From the human T2T-CHM13v2.0 reference genome, Homo sapiens, in NCBI RefSeq assembly GCF_009914755.1, contig NC_060937.1: a DNA stretch of 64,000 nucleotides; one strand, given 5' to 3'. The position numbers and the translations under genes were made by a program. Under the pieces are notes generated by a model. The model did no database searches. It saw nothing but the letters and a program-made list of their open reading frames with translations, and was not told the DNA's origin. Numbering within the stretch: position 1 is the stretch's first letter; every line of letters starts with the position of its first letter. Positions 55,366 through 64,000 of the stretch are shown here, one piece after another.

Positions 55366-56465
55366 GTATTATTATATGAGTTGTTTTTACTACAATGACA
55401 TATGTTAAGCACTTACAAAATGCTTACCCTTAATTGGAATGAGTTTAGCCTGAAGACAGAATATAATTTATTTAATGTTCTTTCACTTGTCACAATTAAA
55501 TAAATACATTGACTAAATATGTGATAATTTGTAATCCCTTCCTTTTGAGTTCTTTTTAAGGTACATAATACTTCAGGGTTTTGATAATATAGACATTACA
55601 TCTATTGAATTTTTCCCTCTTCATAATTTTTATTCAAGAGAGTATTTATAATGATAACTAACTAATAATAAATAAACAATGTAAACAAATCTACTGTGAA
55701 AACCACATTGACTTTCTAAAATTTAGCCTGGGCGTCCATTTGAAATTTCTATGTCATCAGAGATCTGGTTTTTCACAGTACAAAAAAAAAACAAACAACA
55801 AACACTCTCTCCTTTTCACAATTCTCTTTATTTCCAAAAGTATTTTGTTTCTCTTCCACATTCAATTTATATTCTAGAGAAGCGAGGCTAGAGGGAGAGC
55901 TTGTTTGTTTGCAATGCACTGTACTGTTGACGGATAATTTCTTTTATATTGTAGTTGTCATTTTTTTGTTTATTCATTTGGGAAAATAATCTAGGGAAAA
56001 AAGTAAGCTTGTCATTCCAATATTCAAAGTTTGTGGTATTTAAAATTTGTTCATGTAAATATATCAACCAAATTTAAAGAGAATAAAGAAGAAACATGCA
56101 TTTTGTAAAAGGAGCTTAAATGTAATATATGTATATTTTAAAACAGTTTCATATTGGGAAGTATAACTCTATGGACCTTTGGTTTTCGAACAATGTATTG
56201 GTTAAGACACCACTTGGGCTTTTCAGTAATGAATTAGCTGAATGCTTCCACGGATACATTCAACTATTTTGTCCACCTTGGCTACTGCTTCCAGACTAAC
56301 AAATTTATAAGAAATTTAATTAGTAAGCAGAGTAGTTTTGTGTATTATAATTAGTTTATACTAGTCTTTAAATATATTCAGTTCCTACTAAATGAACTGC
56401 TCTTTATTAGTGGCATATCACTAACTACTACTATAAAACTTACAAGTAATGCTGATATGTTTAAG

Positions 56466-58259
56466 AACAGAAAGCCAAATCGAGAGTGAACTCCCATTCA
56501 CAATTACTTCAAAGAGAATAAAATACCTAGGAATCCAACTTACAAGGGATGTGAAGGACTTCATCAAGGAGAACTACAAACCACTGTTCAATGAAATAAA
56601 AGAGGACACAAACAAATGGAAGAACATTCCATGCTCATGGGTAGGAAGAATTAATATCATGAAAATGGCCATACTGCCCAAGGTAATTTATAGATTCAAT
56701 GCCTTCCCCATCAAGCTACCAATGATTTTCTTCCCAGAATTGGAAAAAACTACTTTAAAGTTTGTATGGAACCAAAAAAGAGCCCTCATTGCCAAGAGAA
56801 TCCTAAGCCAAAAGAACAAAGCTGAAGGCATCACACTACCTGACTTCAAACTATACTATAAGACTACAGTAACCAAAACAGCATGATACTGGTACCAAAA
56901 CAGAGATATCGACTAATGGAATGGAATAGAGCCCTAAGAAATAATACCACACATCTGCAACCATCTAATCTTTGACAAACCTGACAAAAACAAGAAATGG
57001 GGAAAGGATCCCCTATTTAATAAACTGTACTGGGAAAACTGGCTAGCCATATGTAGAAAGCTGAAACTGGATCCCTTCCTTACACATTATACAAAATTAG
57101 TTCAAGACGGATTAAAGACTTAAATGTTAGACCTAAAACCATAAAAACCCCAGAAGAAAACCTAGGCAATACCATTCAGGACATAGGCATGGGCAAGGAC
57201 TTCATGACTAAAACACCAAAAGCAACAGCAACAAAAGCCAAAATTGACAAATGGGATCTAATTAAACTAAAGAGCTTCTGCACAGCAAAAGAAACTACCA
57301 TCAGAGTGAACAGGCAACCTACAGAATGGGAGAAAATTTTTACAATCTACCCATCTGACAAAGTGCTAATATCCAGAATCTAGCAAACTTAAACAAATTT
57401 ACAAGAAAAAAATCAAACTGCCCCGTCAAAAAGTGGGCGAACGATATGAACAGACACTTCTCGAAAGAAGACATTTATGCAGCCAACAGACACATGAAAA
57501 AATGCTCATCATCACTGGCCATCAGAGAAATGCAAATCCAAACTACAGTGAGATACCATCTCACACCAGTTAGAATGGTGATCATTAGAAAGTCAGGAAA
57601 CAACAGGTGCTGGAGAGGATGTGGAGAAATAGGAACACTTTTACACTGTTGGTGGGGCTGTAAACTAGTTCAACCATTGTGGAAGTCAGTGTGGCGATTC
57701 CTCAGGGATCTAGAACTAGAAATACCATTTGACTCAGCCATCTCATTACTGGGTATATACCCAAAGGACTATAAATCATGCTGCTATAAAGACACATGCA
57801 CACGTATGTTTATTGCAGCACTATTCACAATAGCAAAGACTTGGAACCAACCCAAATGTCCATCAATGATAGACTGGATTAAGAAAATGTGGCACATATA
57901 CACCATGGAATACTATGCAGCCATAAAAAAGGAAGAGTTCATGTCCTTTGTAGGAACATGGATGAAGCTGGAAACCATCATTCTGAACAAACTATCACAA
58001 GGACAGAAAACCAAGCACCGCGTGTTCTCACTCAAAGGTAGGAATTGAACAATGAGAACACTTGGTCACAGGGTGGGGAACATCACACACTGGGGCCTGT
58101 CATGGGGTGGGAGGAGGAGGGAGGGATAGCATTAGGAGACATACCTAATGTAAATGATGAGTTAATGGGTGCAGCACATCAACATGTCACATGTATATAT
58201 ATACAACAAACCTGCACGTTGTGCAGATGTACCCTAGAACTTAAAGTATAATAAAAAAA
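56466..58259 (+). mobile_element. 5'-truncated L1PA4/5-type element
   Basis: ORF2 C-terminal fragments (56449-58048) with stops; 3' UTR ATACCTAATGTAAATGATGAGTTAATGGG; short A tail. Confidence 0.93.
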
Positions 58260-58741
58260 TTTTTGTCTTTCTAATGCTTTCTAGATATAGCATCGAGAAT
58301 ACTTTTGTATCAAATAAAGTGAAAAGAAAAGAGTCTTAAAAATATTAATAAAAGTGAAAAAATAATGAAGTAAAAATGAGGAAAATGAGTCTCACATTTC
58401 CAAATATAGGGTTCATCTATATCTACAGGCATAGCCTCAACTGGAATCAACACAGTCTTGCACTTCAAGTGATCTGGTAGGCTCTTGAGTTTCCAAAGAT
58501 ATCCTGATTTGCTTTAGATTATTTCTATGTAAAGTTTTTAAAATAAGTTAAATCAGCTTAAAAGTGAATGTATTTTGATTTTAAAGTTCATAAATCAAAC
58601 AAATATTTCTTGCGATTCATTATTTTTATGTGCCAATTTGAAAATTAGAAAATAATAGGTATAATGTATTTAGATTTTACATGTCTTACTGTGAACTAAA
58701 AGTTTGACTTTAGATCCTTTTAATTTTCTTTTCTTTTTCAG

Positions 58742-60729
58742 AGCAAGCTGAATTGAAACAACTTTGTCTTTGTGAAACCCCACACAATTATCCATCTTGC
58801 CTTGAGATTAATTAGAGAAGTATGGTATTTGACAATGAGAATTTTCCTATCAATTTTTATATTTTCTATTAAAATTTTGGAAAGGTAGTGTAATAGTGAC
58901 TCACTTAGAAATGTAGTCATTAATTTACACTTTTCATTTAACAGATCAAAACACATACTGCCTTATTTTCTGAGAATGTGGGAGGCTCTGGCCCTCAAGG
59001 AAGTTCTAACCATGGGATGGGACATAAATTCTGATTGTGTAAAAGTCATCTTTTACACAACAGGCTGTAGTTAGTATTTACTATTTCGTAATATCTCTTG
59101 GAACTGTAAGGCATGCAGTGACAATTTAATCTGGCCGGTGGTGTGGGGTTAATCCATCAATTCAACAGTCTTATCAATGTAAATCCTCAGTTGCTAATTT
59201 TCAAACTAGTGCTTACAATATAATATTTTCAAACTAGTGCTTACAATGTAATGAATCACAAGAAATATTTATTATTTTTATGGACTTTAAGCTGATTTAC
59301 CTTAATCACTTTTAAGCTGATTTACCTTATTTTAAAAACTTTACGTAAGTATAATCTAAAATAAATAAATATATCTCCAGAAATTGAAAAGCCTACCAGA
59401 TTACTTGAAATCTAAGTATACATTGATTCTGGCTAATGTTATGCCTATAGATATAGATTAACCCTATATTTGGTTATTTATTAAATCAATTTATGATACC
59501 ATAAATATCACACAGTTCTTGAGTGACAACAGTAGGACCCAAACTGAAGCCCTTCAAATAAGGAAGTGATACGTTTTGTTAAACAAAATATAAAAATTGT
59601 ATTCTTTCCTCCATTTTCAATGGTTGATACTAGTCAATTTTATTGATTTCACTAAACTAAAGAAGAAAAAAATGCATTGTTTTTATTCCTTTAATCCTTC
59701 CAGTTTCTGCTTATATTCCAAGTATATTTCTCCTAATTCTCCACAGGGTTACTTTCAGATGTACATTTTCAGGCCCTGGTAATTACCGTTTTGGAATCCA
59801 TACTTCTATTCATGCCTGGCATAAAAAAAAAAATCCTGAAATGAGCCACAGCTTTTTCACTGAGTTATTTTAATAGACTACAGTTTTCATTTCTATAGGT
59901 GTAAAGCCTAAGGAATTGAAAGAAGAAGTATTCGCATTCTTCAGCCTGTCTTACATGTAGACGGTATGTGTCCGGGACTCGATATTTTCAAAATCTTCTC
60001 AGCAATGGTGTGCCGTAACTGGTTACTATAATTTTTAGGACATCTCATATAGAAAACATACTCTTAGATGTAAAGGGTTAGAGAGAAGGCCAAGACTTTT
60101 TAAATTTCAGTCAAGTTGGGTGCACATATGCACCTGTGTGTGCATTTACTGTGTCAATGAGAACACATGTCTAGTGAGTACCTTTAGTGAGAGAGGAAAT
60201 ATATATCTACGTGTATACACACACACACACATATATATATGCACACACGCATGCACATATGTATGTATATGTATACAAACACACACATATACTCACACAC
60301 ACACATATATATCCTTGTACTTTTTTAACAAAATTGCCTCAAATTTTTATTAGCAAGAAAACTATGTAGGAAATGTCTATGTTTTAAAGGATAAAAAAGA
60401 CTGAAACCTATGTCTAAGGAAGCATAATATATATGAGTTTTTTTCTGTCATTAATGGAGATAGGTCTTTAAATATTACATTCTGGGGAACCATTTATATT
60501 TTCTATTTCGTTAGTGCAATGAAAAAAGAACAAGATCCTGATAGTTACATCACTTTATTTTCATGAGGCTCCCTAACTTAGCAAACCCTGCCTTTTAATG
60601 AGTAAGCATCGAGCAGACTGCTGGTCTGAAGGTGACCTAGGTTCTGGAGGAATTTCAAGGCTCCATTTCACGGGCAACTGGAGACCACAAAGATGGCCAT
60701 GTTAACGTAATTGATATCCAACGGAGTAG
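58742..60729 (+). pseudogene. Candidate late exons of the cadherin relic (last EC repeat plus membrane-proximal region)
   Basis: 58742-58824: strong acceptor, FVFVKPHTIIHLALRLIREV (cf. LDRE), donor |GTATTT. 59747-59778 and 59899-60021 join in phase (VTFRCTFSGP-GVKPKELKEEVFAFFSLSYM*). ~60605-60729 reads VLEEFQGSISRATG...VNVIDIQ with donor |GTATGT. These segments retain CpGs. Confidence 0.42.
60200..60312. repeat. (CA)n/(TA)n compound low-complexity repeat
   Basis: Alternating purine-pyrimidine tract. Confidence 0.85.
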
Positions 60730-62039
60730 GTATGTTCACGGCTTTTAGAAGGGTATTACTTGCTGTTAGACTGTAGAAGAATTCAGCCTGAGAGAGCAGA
60801 ATGTTGTTATCGGGAGGTGCAGGCAGCCTGGATTTAAATGAGGTCCAAAAATAAATAAATAAACAAGGTCCAAAGCAGCCCAGATTCCTGAAGCCAATGC
60901 GTGGGTTCTTGTCATGTATATATTGTATCCTGTATTTTGTGTTTCAACACCCTCTGCAAACATCACATGCAGGCTGCATACATTGAGTCTGATTTCCCTT
61001 GCTGATTCTATTTCCTCTTGGTAGGAAGTCAGACACTTAGGGAGATATTTGTTTTTCATATGAGGCTACATCATATTGAAATGACTAAGACTATCAAGTC
61101 ACATCAGAGCAAATCAGCAGAACGCAGAGGCTCTGGGAGTAAAGGTGAAGTATGGTAAAGATTAGGCTGTGCTCCTTTCTAATCTGATTTTTTTCACTCC
61201 ATCCTTCTCTGTGTCTGGCATAGTGTACTGCTCAAGATTAAGGTTAAATAAATATGTTTTGAACTGATTGAATAGATATTAAATAAATCCATGTAGAATG
61301 AAGGAATGAATAAACACATGAATAAATCCTTCCTTCTGTGTGGATGCAACCCTGGAAATGATTATTTTGCTGCATAAAAAATAAAAGAACACGCTGAAGG
61401 AAAGATCTTATTGAACCTAGGATGGCTTCATATGTACAAGGTATAGAATAGAACAATTTTCCTTTCTGTCTGTCAAATTTCTATTCTATCTGTGTAGGTC
61501 TTATTGGGAAGCTAAGAAACTATCAATATAACTGTTGTTAAGTTGATAAACAGCATTATTAAAGTGTCGGTCTTGATATACATTCTAGTAAATAGTCTTA
61601 CTAATGACTTGTAAGAAATAGTTGATTTATCAAATGGTGTTACTGTATTTATGAAAAAAATAAACACATAAAAATAATATTGAAAATGAGCTTTGGAAAT
61701 TAAAAATATTCCTTTTCAAAATTAAATGAAGACAGTATTGGAAAACATTAGAAAAAACTGAAAAGTGCTACATTTGAGGATAAATATATCCCCAGTCACA
61801 AACTAATAGGAAAAGTGGTTGGCTAGAAATATAAGATCTCTGTGTCAAAAAATTTATGTCATCCCTGCTTGTATGAAAAATAAAGAAAAAATACAAAATA
61901 ATAGCAGATTATATAAAACAAGAAAATGGTATTATAGTACCCAGTGGTGCTTATTTTCCACTTATGTAGAGTATTCTATGTTCGTCCTACAGAGAGATTA
62001 CAGGAGGTCACAAACGATGAGGGAGGAAGCTCTGAGGCC

Positions 62040-62220
62040 AGGCCCAGACTTTGCTCACAGTTCCAACCTTACTAACTGTGAGGCCTCAGCCTTACTAAAA
62101 TTTTCTGTGCCTCAGTTTCAATTTGTATGCAAGAAGAAATGTATTAGTACCTATGATATGGTTATAATAAAAATTTTATTATTTATTCCTAATAATAAGT
62201 AAAAATGTTTAGTATAGTGA
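62040..62220 (+). mobile_element. MIR fragment
   Basis: CTTACTAACTGTGAGG...CTGTGCCTCAGTTTC core. Confidence 0.6.
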
Positions 62221-62225
62221 CTATG

Positions 62226-62599
62226 TGACATGGTTTGGCTGTGTCTCCACCCAAACCTCATCTTGAATTGTCATTCCCATAATCCCCACGTGTCATGGGA
62301 GGGACCAGGTGGAAGTAATTTAATTATGGGGTGGTTACCCTCATGCTGTTCTCCTGATAGTGAGTGAGTTCTCACAAGATCTGACGGTTTTATAAGGGGC
62401 CTTTCCCGCCTTTTACTTTCATTCTTCTCCTTGCTGCTGCCTTGTGAAAAGGACGTGTTTGCTTCCTCTTCTGCCATAATTGTAAGTTTCCTGAGGCCTC
62501 TCCAGCCCTGCAAAACTGTGAGTCAATTAAATCTCTTTCCTTTATAAATTACCCAGTCTTGAGTATGTCCTTATAGCATCATGTTAACAGACTAAAACA
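62226..62599 (+). mobile_element. THE1C-like solo LTR
   Basis: TGACATGGTTTGGCTGTGTC...GGTTACCCTCATGCTG...GACTAAAACA; TSD CTATG/CTAGG. Confidence 0.9.
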
Positions 62600-64000
62600 C
62601 TAGGTTTAAAAAAATTAACAGTATATATTTTTATCATTTTAAAAGCATATAGGAAGACATTGATTATGAAAACTAAAATAGTTATTTGAGAAAATAGAAA
62701 ACATAATTAGACTTATTGAAAATTGAACTGTTATATTAGAGGAAATATGAGTATTCAATTCTGAAACCAGTAATAAAAATCAGATTATTATTTTTAAGAG
62801 TATAATATTATATGATTTGATACTTTTTTAATTCTAAATATCTACCGCAGGACAAATTATGACTTGTCTTAGGTATTAATAACAACAGATTTGTGTTGTG
62901 TATACAGATAATATATAATTGATAGTCTGGTAAACATAATATAAACTTCACATTAAATTGCTGGAATATTTATAATTATAAAAATTAGAATTTCACATTT
63001 TCAAAAAATAATTTAACAATAGTAGTAATAATAATATCTAACACATATATAACAATTCTTATATGGCATGGACTCTTTTAAGCACCATATTTATGTCATC
63101 TGAATGACAAAATATTGATTTAATGATCTTTCTACTGAGTTCCACAATTTAGTTCATAGATTGTAATTTAGAATATTCAAAGGCTTCATGCAATTTCAAG
63201 GAAAATTGAACAGAATTACATATGGCTTACAGAAAATGCTCAAATAGGCTTCCGGGTACACATGCATAACAAATGCAAGCCTTATTGGGAATTAATAGTC
63301 TAAAGTAGGTGACATTGCTGTGGATTACATAGCCTTGAGAGCCCAAATAATTTCTTTCAGGTCAAGTCTTGTAGTAATTTGCACGGCTTCCTTCAAAGAC
63401 TAATTATTTCAACACAAAACAAGATAGTTCAGAGCTAAAGTAATAGTTAACATATTGCTTAATTCTGGCTTGGACCCTTCTTAACACTTATGTCTTCTTT
63501 TTTAAAAGATTAGTAGACTGCCTGAAACAAATACATTTTCATGAGTTTTTTTTTCTCCCCAAAACTCTGGATTTTTAGAGTGTCCAAGACTAAAATCAAC
63601 TATTTAGGAGATTTACAATATATAAAATAGCATTGTATAGAGAACTAATTGCCGGTTTTCTTGTAACTATGGTAGTGGGCACTCTGGCTTCAAGCTGTTT
63701 ATCTCTTCCTGAAATAAAATGAAAAGATATAAAATTCCTGCAACTCAGAAAACCTATAGGATTGAATGCCAAATGACTCTTTTGACCCTCACTGGCACAT
63801 ATATTTTCTTCTTTATGTCATCGAACCTGACACATATCAGATTAATCACTCCATTTCTGGGAAACAAAATGCTTCTTATCCTTATTATGACATTTGAAAT
63901 GCGGTAAGAAAAAGCTGAAAAGGTAAAGGAAAAAGAGCTGCTATTAATTTTGAAGGGAAATACATAATCATTACCATCATTTCTTTGGGTAGCATATAGT

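Noticed and set aside
56449-58251. 145-aa and 200-aa ORFs as host genes
   Set aside because: These are C-terminal L1 ORF2 pieces of a 5'-truncated copy.

Overview
AT-rich, CpG-depleted primate (human/great-ape-like) genomic DNA. It contains AluY/AluS, L1PA/L1PB/L1MA/L1M LINEs, THE1/MST/MLT1 MaLR LTRs, Tigger3, MER, L2/MIR and ERVL relics. I see no intact protein-coding gene; the supplied ORFs are transposon fragments, repeat read-through or chance ORFs. The main observation is that the non-repeat islands from ~4.4 kb to ~60.7 kb repeatedly translate on the + strand, through stops and frameshifts, into degenerate cadherin (EC) repeat motifs in the correct order (SEN/PE..G..V.A.DxD.G.N..YSI..GN..F.I...TG.I....LDxE...L.V.A.D.G.P.LS....V.V.DxND..P). 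Several islands have GT/AG boundaries. This suggests a heavily decayed, multi-exon, FAT/DCHS-like giant cadherin pseudogene into which later transposons inserted. Other notable structures are a 48-bp minisatellite inside an ERVL reverse transcriptase, two twin-primed (5'-inverted) L1s, an L1MA with complex templated insertions, a ~88-nt hairpin, a 58-bp perfect palindrome made of tandem palindromic units, and a 9.1-kb-spaced short duplication. All calls were made by eye from remembered consensus sequences, so subfamily names and boundaries are approximate.
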